Origin: Pseudomonadota bacterium
GTDB taxonomy: Bacteria > Myxococcota_A > UBA9160 > PR03
Direction of reading: 5' to 3'
Length of the DNA stretch: 59,159 bases
Assembly: GCA_003576805.1 (NCBI GenBank)
Contig: QEVM01000005.1
Coordinates: forward strand, 1 to 59,159
Shown: in pieces, positions 1 to 8,677 of the stretch
Numbering within the stretch: the stretch's first letter is position 1
How the letters are laid out: each line of letters starts with the position of its first letter
Program-made: the position numbers and the translations under genes
The notes under the pieces: generated by a model
What the model saw: only the letters and a program-made list of their open reading frames with translations
Database searches by the model: none
What the model was told of the DNA's origin: nothing

Positions 1-1209
1 GTGCTGGCGGCGGGCAAGGCCGCCGCTTCGATGGCGCGCGCCGTGGAAGAGGTGGCCGGCGAGCGCATCGCCGCCGGGCTCGCCGTCACCAAGGACGGAC
101 ACGCCGGCGCGGGCGGCGGCCGCGTCGCCGTGCGCGAGGCCGCACATCCCGTACCCGACCGCCGCTGCGAGCGCGCGGCGCGCGAGATGCTCGCCATCGC
201 GCGCGGCTGCGCGCCCGACGACGTGCTCGTCGTGTTGCTGTCGGGCGGCGCGTCGGCGCTGCTCGCTTGCCCGCAGCCCGGGCTGGATCTCGACGACGTG
301 GCCGGTACGACGGCGGCGCTGCTCGCTGCCGGCGCGGACATCGTCGAGCTCAACACCGTGCGCAAGCACCTGGTCGAGGTGGCGGGCGGCCGTCTCGCGC
401 GCGCGTCGGGTGCGGACCGCGTCGAAGTGCTGGTGGTGTCGGACGTGCTCGGCGATCCGCTCGACGTGATCGCGTCGGGGCCGTGCGCGCCCGATCCCAC
501 GACCTTCGGCGACGCGCTCGGCGTCGTCGAACGCCACGGGCTGCACGCGAAGCTGCCGGCGCGCGCGCTCGCGCACCTCCACGCGGGCGCGCGCGGCGCG
601 CGCGAGGAGTCGCCCAAGCCCGGCGATCCCGCGTTCGCGCGCGTGCGCACGACCGTGGTCGCGCGACTCGCCGACGCGCTCGACGCCGCCGAAGCCGAGC
701 TGCGCCGCTCCGGTGCGCGCGTGCTGCGCGTCGCCGACGCGCTGCGCGGCGAAGCGCGCGTAGCGGGGCGGCGGCTCGCCGCGCTCGCGCGCGCGCTGCG
801 CGCGGATGCGGGTCCGACCTGTCTCGTCGCCGGAGGTGAAACCACCGTGACGGTGCGCGGCGCAGGTCGCGGCGGACGCAGCCAGGAGCTCGCGCTCGCC
901 GCTGCGCTCGCGTGGCGGAACGCCGCCGGCCTGTCGCTGCTCGCGGCCGGCACCGACGGCACGGACGGACCGACGGATGCCGCCGGCGCCTATGCCGACG
1001 CCGAGACCGTGGCGCGCGGGCTCGCGCGCGGCGTGGACGCCGCCGCGGCGCTCGCAGACAACGACGCGTACACGTTCTTCGCGCGCGAGGGCGGCCTGCT
1101 GCGCACCGGTCCGACGGGCACGAACGTCATGGATCTGGTGCTCGTCGGCGTCGGCCTCGACGGCGCGCGATCGAATGCCTCGTTTCCCAACGCGTCCGAG
1201 AGCGTGTAG
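1..1209 (+). CDS. Glycerate kinase type-2 / MOFRL family protein, probably 5'-partial at the window edge
   Basis: Motifs AGKAA, AAHPVPD, LLSGGASAL, ELNTVRKHL, SDVLGD, IASGP, GGETTV, GGRSQE, GTDGTDGPT, TGPTGTNVMD. Confidence 0.9.
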   Translation: MLAAGKAAASMARAVEEVAGERIAAGLAVTKDGHAGAGGGRVAVREAAHPVPDRRCERAAREMLAIARGCAPDDVLVVLLSGGASALLACPQPGLDLDDVAGTTAALLAAGADIVELNTVRKHLVEVAGGRLARASGADRVEVLVVSDVLGDPLDVIASGPCAPDPTTFGDALGVVERHGLHAKLPARALAHLHAGARGAREESPKPGDPAFARVRTTVVARLADALDAAEAELRRSGARVLRVADALRGEARVAGRRLAALARALRADAGPTCLVAGGETTVTVRGAGRGGRSQELALAAALAWRNAAGLSLLAAGTDGTDGPTDAAGAYADAETVARGLARGVDAAAALADNDAYTFFAREGGLLRTGPTGTNVMDLVLVGVGLDGARSNASFPNASESV

Positions 1210-1257
1210 GATTTCCGCCCGTCCCGAAGCCGGGATGACCTCCCCGAGGCGCGTCCT

Positions 1258-1288
1258 CGTCACCGTGACGTCACCGGGATCGTCACCG
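1258..1288 (+). promoter_or_regulatory. Three direct repeats of CGTCACCG (1258, 1269, 1281); candidate regulator-binding site
   Basis: Exact 8-mer three times at 11-12 bp spacing in intergenic DNA; includes palindrome GTGACGTCAC at 1265-1274. Confidence 0.4.
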
Positions 1289-1332
1289 TGGGGCCGGACG
1301 GCTTCGGCGAAACTGCGATGAGGAGAACATCG

Positions 1333-1752
1333 ATGCCGATCCGCTCCACTCGTTTGCTCGCCTTCGCCGCCGCCTGCGCGTTCGCCGGCGGCGTGCTCGC
1401 GCAGGATGCGCATGCCCAGGCCGCCACCGGCAAGAAGAAGACCGAGGGCTGCCTCGTCAGCTACGACGGCACCGCGAAGTTGGTCGTGAAGGACGAGAAG
1501 ACGAAGAAGGAGATGACCTTCGACGTGAAGCAGGCGAGCTCGGTGCTCGACAAGGAAGGCACCGTCGCGACCAAGAACGGCCGCAAGGCGGTGCTCGCCG
1601 ACCTCGAGCCGAACCGCCCGGTGATCGTGTACTGGAAGGACAAGGACGGATCGCCGTTCGCTTCGAAGGTGGACGCGCCCGATCCGATGGACTCCGAGAC
1701 CAACCAGCTCGACAAGGACATCATGGAGAGCGCCGGCTGCAAGATGGAGTAG
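1333..1752 (+). CDS. Secreted small beta-barrel (OB-fold/DUF5666-like) hypothetical protein, paralog 1
   Basis: AGGAG RBS at 1321-1325 before ATG 1333; signal peptide ending AHA-Q; Lys-rich mature region that aligns with the next gene. Confidence 0.75.
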   Translation: MPIRSTRLLAFAAACAFAGGVLAQDAHAQAATGKKKTEGCLVSYDGTAKLVVKDEKTKKEMTFDVKQASSVLDKEGTVATKNGRKAVLADLEPNRPVIVYWKDKDGSPFASKVDAPDPMDSETNQLDKDIMESAGCKME

Positions 1753-1789
1753 CGCCCGCGGCCGCGCGGCGGCTGCCATGGAGGGAACG

Positions 1790-2200
1790 ATGCGGAACCT
1801 GGAACGAAGATCCGTGCTGGCGTGGTTGCTGCTCTGCGCGTTGGCGCTCGCGGCGCCGGCGGCGCGCGCCGCGTCGGACGTCAAGACCGAGCGCAGCAAC
1901 GGCAAGCTCGTCGCGTACGACGCGGCCGCGCAGACGATCGTCCTCAAGGAGAAGGGCAAGGAGCAGAGCTTCGGCGTGAAGTCGGAGGGCTCGGTGCTGA
2001 CCCGGACGACCGTCACGATGAACGCGAAGCCGGCCAAGTTCGACGACTTGAAGCCCGGCATGATCATGATCGTGTACTGGAAGCCGGACCCGGCGGACCC
2101 GAGCAAGCGCTTCGCGCGCAAGATCGACGTCCCGAAGATTCCGCGCGAGTTCCAGGAAGACGTCGACGCCGCGGAGCGAGCCGAGTCGGGCGCGCAGCAG
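1790..2200 (+). CDS. Secreted small beta-barrel hypothetical protein, paralog 2; has no stop codon here and reads in frame into the aldolase (end coordinate inferred)
   Basis: GGAGGG RBS before ATG 1790; signal peptide ending ARA-A; shares LVxYD, FxVK, SVL, DLxP, IVYWK, FAxKxDxP with paralog 1; hairpin terminator follows at 2218. Confidence 0.7.
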
Positions 2201-2217
2201 CGGCGGCATCCGATGCG

Positions 2218-2255
2218 GCGGGGGCGGGGCGACGGCTCCGCCCCCGCTCTCGTTT
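2218..2255 (+). terminator. Intrinsic terminator-like hairpin
   Basis: GCGGGGGCGGGGC-GACG-GCTCCGCCCCCGC (13-bp stem, one G-U) followed by TCTCGTTT. Confidence 0.7.
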
Positions 2256-2398
2256 CCGGCGCTCGCTGTCGGCCAGGTGCTCCCGGCGCGCGCCGTGATT
2301 CCCTATACCTCTCGGGCGGTTTCCGCGGAGCCGACGCCCGCGAACCACGAACACCCGTCCCGATCTGGACGGAAGAACCTCGAGAAGGAGTTGCCTCG

Positions 2399-3421
2399 AT
2401 GAGCTACGCGAAGGAGCTCGAAGCGACCGCCCGCGCGCTGGTCGCACCCGGCAAGGGAATCCTCGCCGCCGACGAGAGCGGCGGCACGATCAAGAAGCGC
2501 TTCGACAAGATCCAGGTCGAGTCGACCGAGACCAACCGCCGCGACTACCGCGAGATGCTCTTCACCACGAAGGGCTGCGAGGAGTTCATCAGCGGCGTGA
2601 TCCTGTTCGACGAAACCATCCGCCAGAAGGCGAGCGACGGGACGCCGCTCGCCAAGGTGCTCTCCGACAAGGGCGTCATTCCGGGCATCAAGGTGGACAA
2701 GGGCACCAAGCCGCTGCCCTTCGCGAAGGACGAGGTCGTCACCGAGGGTCTCGACGGCCTGCGCGAGCGGCTCGTCGAGTACCGCGGTCTCGGCGCGCGC
2801 TTCGCCAAGTGGCGCGCCGTGATCTCGATCACCGACTCGCTGCCGAGCGACTACTGCCTGCGCACCAACGCCGACGCGCTCGCGCGCTACGCGGCGCTGT
2901 GCGTCGAGGAAGGGCTCGTGCCGATCGTCGAGCCGGAGATCCTGATGGACGGCTCGCACACGATCGAGCGTTCCTTCGAGGTGACGCGCCGCACGCTGCA
3001 CGGCGTGTTCGACGCGCTCTTCCACCAGCGCGTGCCGCTCGAGCAGATCCTGCTCAAGCCCAACATGGTGCTCTCGGGCTACGAGTGCCCGCAGCAGGCG
3101 AGCGTGCGCGAGGTCGCCGAGCGCACGATCCAGTGCTTCAAGCAGGTCGTGCCGGCCGCCGTCCCGGGCATCGTGTACCTCTCGGGCGGGCAGAGCGACG
3201 AGGCCGCGACGGCGCACCTCAACGAGATGAACCGCATCGGCGGCTTCCCCTGGGAGATGAGCTTCTCCTACGGGCGCGCGCTGCAGGCGCCGGCGCTCAA
3301 GGCATGGGGCGGCAAGAAGGAGAACTTCGCCGCAGGCCAGCAGGCCTTCTACCACCGCGCCAAGTGCAACGGCGCGGCGCGCTACGGCAAGTACAGCGAG
3401 GCGATGGAGAAGGCCGCCTGA
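2399..3421 (+). CDS. Class I fructose-bisphosphate aldolase
   Basis: AAGGAG RBS at 2385-2390; GKGILAADES, GVILFDET, FAKWR, VPIVEPE, LLKPNMV (Schiff-base Lys), LSGGQS, FSYGRALQ. Confidence 0.95.
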   Translation: MSYAKELEATARALVAPGKGILAADESGGTIKKRFDKIQVESTETNRRDYREMLFTTKGCEEFISGVILFDETIRQKASDGTPLAKVLSDKGVIPGIKVDKGTKPLPFAKDEVVTEGLDGLRERLVEYRGLGARFAKWRAVISITDSLPSDYCLRTNADALARYAALCVEEGLVPIVEPEILMDGSHTIERSFEVTRRTLHGVFDALFHQRVPLEQILLKPNMVLSGYECPQQASVREVAERTIQCFKQVVPAAVPGIVYLSGGQSDEAATAHLNEMNRIGGFPWEMSFSYGRALQAPALKAWGGKKENFAAGQQAFYHRAKCNGAARYGKYSEAMEKAA

Positions 3422-3442
3422 GCGGCCCGCCAGTTCGGGTTG

Positions 3443-3473
3443 GAGCGCCGTGGCGCCCGTGGCCACGGCGCTC
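3443..3473 (+). terminator. Perfect 12-bp stem-loop after the aldolase
   Basis: GAGCGCCGTGGC-GCCCGTG-GCCACGGCGCTC; weak U-tail. Confidence 0.55.
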
Positions 3474-3491
3474 GCTTCGCCGGGGGTTCGC

Positions 3492-3983
3492 TTGGCGATC
3501 GACCGCGATCTCTTCAAGTCGGTGCTGCGCCGCTGGGCGAGCGGCGTCACGATCGTGACCACGCGCGCCGGCGGACGCGATCACGGCATGACCGTGTCGT
3601 CCTTCAGCAGCGTGTCGCTCGATCCTCCGCTCGTGCTCGTGTGCGCCGACAAAAAGGCGAACACGCTGCCCGCGATCGCCGAGAGCGGCGCGTTCGCCGT
3701 GAACGTGCTCGCGCAGGGCCAGCAGGCGTTGTCGAATCGCTTCGCGAAGATCGGCAACGAGGCCGAGCGCTTCGACTGCCTCGACTGCCGGCGCGGCCCC
3801 AGTGGATCGCCGTGGATCCCGGAGGCGCACGCGGTGCTCGACTGCCGCGTCGCCGCCGTGCACGACGCGGGCGACCACGTGATCTACGTGGGCGAGGTGC
3901 TGGCGGCCGAGATCGACGAGACGAGCGAGCCGCTGGTCTATTACGACGCGCGCTACGCGGAGCTCGCGCCGCGCTCGGCATGA
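3492..3983 (+). CDS. Flavin reductase family protein
   Basis: WASGVTIVT, GMTVSSFSSVSLDPPLVLVC, FAVNVL, AGDHVIYVGEV; TTG start at 3492 preferred because the GTG at 3450 lies in the hairpin. Confidence 0.9.
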   Translation: MAIDRDLFKSVLRRWASGVTIVTTRAGGRDHGMTVSSFSSVSLDPPLVLVCADKKANTLPAIAESGAFAVNVLAQGQQALSNRFAKIGNEAERFDCLDCRRGPSGSPWIPEAHAVLDCRVAAVHDAGDHVIYVGEVLAAEIDETSEPLVYYDARYAELAPRSA

Positions 3984-3999
3984 GCGTGCGCGCCTGCTC

Positions 4000-4782
4000 G
4001 TGACGGCGGCGGATCCGACGCGCGCCTTCCGCCTCGACGGCCGCGTCGCGGTGGTGACGGGCGCCTCGGCGGGCATCGGCGAGGCGCTGGCGCTCGGCCT
4101 CGCCGCGGCCGGCGCGCGCGTCGTGGTGTGCGCGCGCCGGCGCGAGAAGCTCGACGCGCTCGCGGCGCGCATCGCGGACGGGGGCGGCGAAGCGCTCGCG
4201 GTCGCGTGCGACGTCGCCTCGAGCGAGGACGTCGAGCGACTCGCCGCGGAAACGCTCGGCCGCTTCGGCGCGGTGGACGTGCTCGTCAACAACGCCGGCT
4301 TCGTCGAGATCGTGCCCGCCGAGAGCGAGCCGCTCGCGAGCTTCGCGTCGATCGTCGACGTGAACCTGGTCGGCGCGTTCCGCTGCGCGCAGCGCTTCGG
4401 GCGCGAGATGCTGGCGCGCGGCGCCGGCTCCATCGTCAACGTGGCGTCGATCCTCGGCGTGGTCGGCGTCGGCCAGATCCCGCAGGCGAGCTACGCGGCG
4501 TCGAAGGGCGGGCTCGTGAACCTGACGCGCGAGCTGGCGGCGCAGTGGGCGCGGCGCGGCGTGCGCGTGAACGCGCTCGCGCCGGCGTGGTTCCCGAGCG
4601 AGATGACGGCGGACATGTTCGCCGACGAGCGCTCGCAGGTCTGGATGCGGCAGCGCACGCCGATGGGTCGGCCGGGCCGCGTGGACGAGCTCGTCGGCCC
4701 GCTGCTCTTCCTCGCCTCCGACGCGGCCAGCTACGTGACCGGCCACGTGCTGCTCGTGGACGGCGGCTGGACCTGCGTCTAG
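4000..4782 (+). CDS. Short-chain dehydrogenase/reductase (SDR)
   Basis: TGASAGIG, VNNAG, YAASK, VRVNALAP, VDGGW. Confidence 0.92.
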   Translation: MTAADPTRAFRLDGRVAVVTGASAGIGEALALGLAAAGARVVVCARRREKLDALAARIADGGGEALAVACDVASSEDVERLAAETLGRFGAVDVLVNNAGFVEIVPAESEPLASFASIVDVNLVGAFRCAQRFGREMLARGAGSIVNVASILGVVGVGQIPQASYAASKGGLVNLTRELAAQWARRGVRVNALAPAWFPSEMTADMFADERSQVWMRQRTPMGRPGRVDELVGPLLFLASDAASYVTGHVLLVDGGWTCV

Positions 4783-4810
4783 CGACGACGCGACTGCTGC
4801 TGCGACTCGC

Positions 4811-4827
4811 CTGGCATGCGGGCTGCA
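4811..4827 (+). promoter_or_regulatory. Sigma-54 (-24/-12) promoter candidate
   Basis: CTGGCATGCGGGCTGCA matches YTGGCA-N7-TGCA with exact GG-N10-GC spacing, in the gap after the SDR stop. Confidence 0.55.
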
Positions 4828-4839
4828 GTCGGTTCTCGG

Positions 4840-5235
4840 ATGCCGACCCGATCGCCGTCGCTCGTCGCGCCGCTGTTGGCGCTGCTGCTCGGCGGCCTCT
4901 TCGCCTGCGATCTGCCCGAGCCGGCGCACCCCGCCGGCGCGCCGGACGTGCGCGTCGTGCACGCCGTCATCGCGGGCCGCGTCGACGTGCTCGGCGCGAG
5001 CTCGGCGGAGCCGATCGTGATCGTGCACACGCTGGAGGCCGCGCTGCTGGTGCTGCCCAACGCGATGCGCGACCGGGTTGCGGATCTCGCGGGGCACGAG
5101 GTGGAGATCGCGGGACTCGTGGTGATCGAAGCGGGCGAGCCGGCGGCGGTGCTCGTGACGGATGCGCGCGCGGTTCCGAGCTTCCACGGAGTGGCGCCGA
5201 TTCGCCCGGTCGCGGTGCGCGAGCTCGCGATCTGA
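4840..5235 (+). CDS. Hypothetical lipoprotein
   Basis: Hydrophobic N-terminus ending in lipobox LFAC; ATG 4840 preferred to ATG 4816, which lies inside the sigma-54 motif. Confidence 0.55.
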   Translation: MPTRSPSLVAPLLALLLGGLFACDLPEPAHPAGAPDVRVVHAVIAGRVDVLGASSAEPIVIVHTLEAALLVLPNAMRDRVADLAGHEVEIAGLVVIEAGEPAAVLVTDARAVPSFHGVAPIRPVAVRELAI

Positions 5236-5278
5236 GCTCGGACGTGCCGGCGCTTCTACAATCGGCGCCCGGTTCCGC

Positions 5279-6103
5279 TCACTGGTTCATCGTCCAGCCG
5301 CCGTTCGGCGCGAGCACCTGGCCGGTCACGAAGCCGGCCTCGTCGCTGGCCAGGTACACCGCGGCCCACGCGACGTCGTCGGGCGATCCCAGGCGGCCGA
5401 GGGGCGTTTGCATCTCGAGCATCGCGCGCACCGGCGCGAGCGGCGCGGTCATGGCGGTCTCGATCCAGCCGGGCGCGATCGCGTTGACGCGGATGCCGCG
5501 CGTCGCGACCTCGCGCGCCACCGCGCGCGTGAAGGCGAGGATCCCGCCCTTCGCCGCGCAGTAGGCGGGCGCGCCCGCGCCGCCCGCCGTGCCCATGATC
5601 GAGCCCATGTTGACGATCGCGCCGGAGCCTTGCGCCGCCATCAGGCGCAGCGCCTCGCGCGTGCAGAAGAAGGTGCCGTCGAGGTGCACCGCGAGCATAC
5701 GGCGCCAGTCCTCGTCCGAGAGCTCGAGCGTCGCGTCGGCGTGCGTGCGGATCGCGCCGCCGCTCATGCGCTCTTGCAGCTGCGCCAGCGCGACCGCGGC
5801 GAAGCGCTCCGCGCGCGCGGGATCCGCCTCGTGCCCGGCAATGCCGGCGTTGTTCACGAGCACGTCGAGCCGCCCGTGTCGCTCGCGCACGGCCTCGAAC
5901 ATGCGCCGCACCGCGGCCGAGTCGGCGACGTCGGCGGCGAACGCGGAGCCCTCGACGTCGCGCGCGACGCGCTCGGCGCGTGCCGGATCGAGGTCGTTGA
6001 CGACGAGCGTCGCGCCCTCCGCACGGAAGCGGCGCGCGATCGCCTCGCCGATCCCCGCGCCGCCGCCGGTCACCAGCGCGACCTTGTCCGCGAGCCGCTG
6101 CAC
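5279..6103 (-). CDS. SDR family oxidoreductase (FabG-like)
   Basis: TGGGAGIG, VNNAG, YCAAK, IRVNAIAPGW. Confidence 0.92.
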   Translation of the reverse strand: MQRLADKVALVTGGGAGIGEAIARRFRAEGATLVVNDLDPARAERVARDVEGSAFAADVADSAAVRRMFEAVRERHGRLDVLVNNAGIAGHEADPARAERFAAVALAQLQERMSGGAIRTHADATLELSDEDWRRMLAVHLDGTFFCTREALRLMAAQGSGAIVNMGSIMGTAGGAGAPAYCAAKGGILAFTRAVAREVATRGIRVNAIAPGWIETAMTAPLAPVRAMLEMQTPLGRLGSPDDVAWAAVYLASDEAGFVTGQVLAPNGGWTMNQ

Positions 6104-6142
6104 GATCTCATTCTCCCCGTTCGAGCGCGGGCCCGGCGTTCG

Positions 6143-7195
6143 TCACGGCGCGAGCACGACCTTCAGCGCGCCGTCCTCGTGGCGCGCGAACAGCTCGTAG
6201 CCGCGCGCGGCGTCGGCCAACGCGAGGCGATGCGTGATGATCTCGGTCGGATCGAGGCGGCCGGCCTCGATCGCGGCGAGCAGGCGCGGCACGAAGCGCT
6301 GCGGATTCACGAGGCCGCTGCGCAGCGTCAGGTTCTTGAGGAACAGCAAGATCGGCTGGATCTCGACGGGCGCCGCGCACAGGCCGATCACCGCGATCCG
6401 CCCGCCGGCTCGCGCGAGCAGCAGCGCCTGCTGCAGCAGCTCCGGGCGGCCGACCGCCTCGATGACCGCGTCGGCGCCGCGGCCGCCGGTCGCCGCGAGC
6501 ACGCGGGCGGCCACGTCGTCCTGCGCGGGATCGATCGTCTCGCAGCCGCGCGCGGCGGCGCGCGCCAGCCGCCCGGTGTCGGGATCGACCGCGAGCACGC
6601 GGGCGGCGCCCCGCAGCTGCGACGCGCGCTGCGCGAACGCGCCGACGGGCCCGCAGCCGAGCACGACGACGACGTCGCCCGCGCCGACCTCGGCGAGCTC
6701 GGCGCCGAGATAGCCGGTCGGCAGGATGTCGGTGAGGAAGAGGGCATGCTCGTCGTCGACCGACGCCGGGATGCGAAAGCAGTTGGTGTCCGCGAACGGG
6801 ACGCGCACCGCCTCGGCCTGTCCGCCCGGCAGCGCCGACGAGAAGCCGAACACGTTCTGCGCGCCGCCGGCCGTCGTGACGGGACACGCGCTGTGGAGGC
6901 CGTCGCGGCACGGCGCGCACGTGCCGCAGCCGGTCGTGCACGACACGAGCACGCGATCGCCGCGGCGGACGGTTCGCACTGCGGCGCCGGCGTCCTCGAC
7001 GACGCCCACGAACTCGTGCCCGACCGCGAAGCCCTGCTCGAGGACCGGCACGCCGCCGTGCCAGAGATGGAGATCCGAGCCGCAGATCGCGGTGCGCGAC
7101 ACGCGCACGACGACGTCGGAGGGATCGCGCAGCGCCGCGTCGGCGACCGACTCGAATCGGAAATCGGCGGGACCGTGGTAGACGACCGCCTTCAC
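6143..7195 (-). CDS. Zinc-dependent alcohol dehydrogenase (MDR superfamily, formaldehyde-dehydrogenase-like)
   Basis: GTG start with GGAGGG RBS; ICGSDLH, GHEFVG, CGTCAPC...C, TDILPTG, GCGPVG. Confidence 0.92.
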   Translation of the reverse strand: MKAVVYHGPADFRFESVADAALRDPSDVVVRVSRTAICGSDLHLWHGGVPVLEQGFAVGHEFVGVVEDAGAAVRTVRRGDRVLVSCTTGCGTCAPCRDGLHSACPVTTAGGAQNVFGFSSALPGGQAEAVRVPFADTNCFRIPASVDDEHALFLTDILPTGYLGAELAEVGAGDVVVVLGCGPVGAFAQRASQLRGAARVLAVDPDTGRLARAAARGCETIDPAQDDVAARVLAATGGRGADAVIEAVGRPELLQQALLLARAGGRIAVIGLCAAPVEIQPILLFLKNLTLRSGLVNPQRFVPRLLAAIEAGRLDPTEIITHRLALADAARGYELFARHEDGALKVVLAP

Positions 7196-7302
7196 CGTCC
7201 CTCCGTCTCGCTGGGCCTTCGCGCGAACCACCGAGCGCGGTGAAGGGACGCTCGCAGCCCTTGACTCGGCCGTCTGGCCTCGGCGCGGAATCAGAGAGCG
7301 CG

Positions 7303-7389
7303 TGGTGCGGCAGAGAGGACTCGAACCTCCACGGGGTTGCCCCCGCCAGCCCCTCAAGCTGGTGCGTCTACCAATTCCGCCACTGCCGC
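7303..7389 (-). tRNA. tRNA-Leu, anticodon GAG, CCA encoded
   Basis: Reverse complement GCGGCAGTGGCGGAATTGGTAGACGCACCAGCTTGAGGGGCTGG...GGTTCGAGTCCTCTCTGCCGCACCA; long variable arm; usual position downstream of secG. Confidence 0.97.
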
Positions 7390-7464
7390 GTGGATCGCGT
7401 TCGCCACGGCGCGGTCGCCGTGGGCGGCCAACGATAACGAAGCCGTCGTCGTTGGGAAGCGGCG

Positions 7465-7896
7465 CTAGGGCGTCGCTTCGCCGTCGGCCGGCGGCTGCGC
7501 TTGTTCCGCGGGCGCCGCGGCCTGCGGCTGCGCCGTCGGCTCGGCGGGCTTCACTTCCTGGAAGCCGCCGTCCGCGGGCGCTTCCGCCGCCGGCGCCGTC
7601 TCGCCCGTCGCCTCGGGCGCGGGCGCCGTCGCAGCCGGCGCCTGGTCCTCGAACAAGCCCTCCGAGCCCGTGTTCGAGAGATACGCGAGCGAGAGACTCG
7701 TCACCATGAAGAGCAGCGCCGAGCCCGTCGTGAGCTTGGTGAGGAAGTTGCCCGCGCCGCGGCTGCCGAAGACCGTGGAGCTGGCGCCGCCGCCGAAGAC
7801 GGCGCCGATGTCGGCGCCTTTGCCGTGCTGCAGCAGCACGACCACGATCAGCACGAGCGACACCATCACGTGGAGGACGGTGAGGAAGAGCGTCAA
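7465..7896 (-). CDS. secG: Preprotein translocase subunit SecG
   Basis: VLLQHGKGADIGAVFGGG...FGSRGAGNFLTKLT; two TM segments; follows tpiA. Confidence 0.95.
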   Translation of the reverse strand: MTLFLTVLHVMVSLVLIVVVLLQHGKGADIGAVFGGGASSTVFGSRGAGNFLTKLTTGSALLFMVTSLSLAYLSNTGSEGLFEDQAPAATAPAPEATGETAPAAEAPADGGFQEVKPAEPTAQPQAAAPAEQAQPPADGEATP

Positions 7897-7924
7897 GTCG
7901 GTCTCCGTTGCGTGCGCGCGTGCG

Positions 7925-8677
7925 CTAGGCGCTCGCGGCCACGATCTTGGCGAACGATTCCGCCTCGAGGCTCGCGCCGCCGACCAGCGCGCCGTCGATG
8001 TCGGTCTGCGCCATCAGCTGCGCGGTGTTGTCGGGCTTCACCGAGCCGCCGTACTGGATCCGCATCTGCGCGGCGGCGCCGCCGAAGCGTTTGCCGAGCC
8101 AGCTGCGGATCATCGCGTGCGCCTCCTGCGCGATCTCGGGCGTCGCAGTCCTGCCCGTGCCGATCGCCCAGACGGGCTCGTACGCGATCACCACCTCGGC
8201 GGCGCGTCCGCCGTCGACGCTCGCGAGGCTGCCGTCGAGCTGCGACTCGAGCACCGCGAAGGTGCGGCCGGCCTCGCGCTCGTCGAGCGTCTCGCCCACG
8301 CACACGATCGGGCGGATGCCGTGCGCGAGCAGCGCGGCCGCCTTCTTCGCGACGAGCTCGCTCGGCTCGCCGAAGAGCGCGCGCCGTTCGCTGTGCCCGA
8401 CGATCGCGTAGGCGCAGCCGAGGTCGGCGAGCATCGGCGGCGACACCTCGCCGGTGAACGCGCCCTGCTTCTCGAAATGCGCGTTCTGCGCGGCCAGCTT
8501 CACGTTCGAGCCGGCCAGCGCGGCGCCCACTGCGGCGAGCGCCGTGAAGGGGGGGGCGACGACGATCTCCGCGTTCGCGACGCCTGCGACGAGCGGCACG
8601 AACGCCTTCGCGAACGCGACCGCCTCGCCGACCGTCTTGTGCATCTTCCAGTTCGCCGCGAGGATCGGCGTTCTCAC
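7925..8677 (-). CDS. tpiA: Triosephosphate isomerase
   Basis: AANWKMH, GAFTGEVS, IVGHSERR, AYEPVWAIGTG, YGGSV, LVGGASL; GTG start overlaps the pgk stop. Confidence 0.97.
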   Translation of the reverse strand: MRTPILAANWKMHKTVGEAVAFAKAFVPLVAGVANAEIVVAPPFTALAAVGAALAGSNVKLAAQNAHFEKQGAFTGEVSPPMLADLGCAYAIVGHSERRALFGEPSELVAKKAAALLAHGIRPIVCVGETLDEREAGRTFAVLESQLDGSLASVDGGRAAEVVIAYEPVWAIGTGRTATPEIAQEAHAMIRSWLGKRFGGAAAQMRIQYGGSVKPDNTAQLMAQTDIDGALVGGASLEAESFAKIVAASA

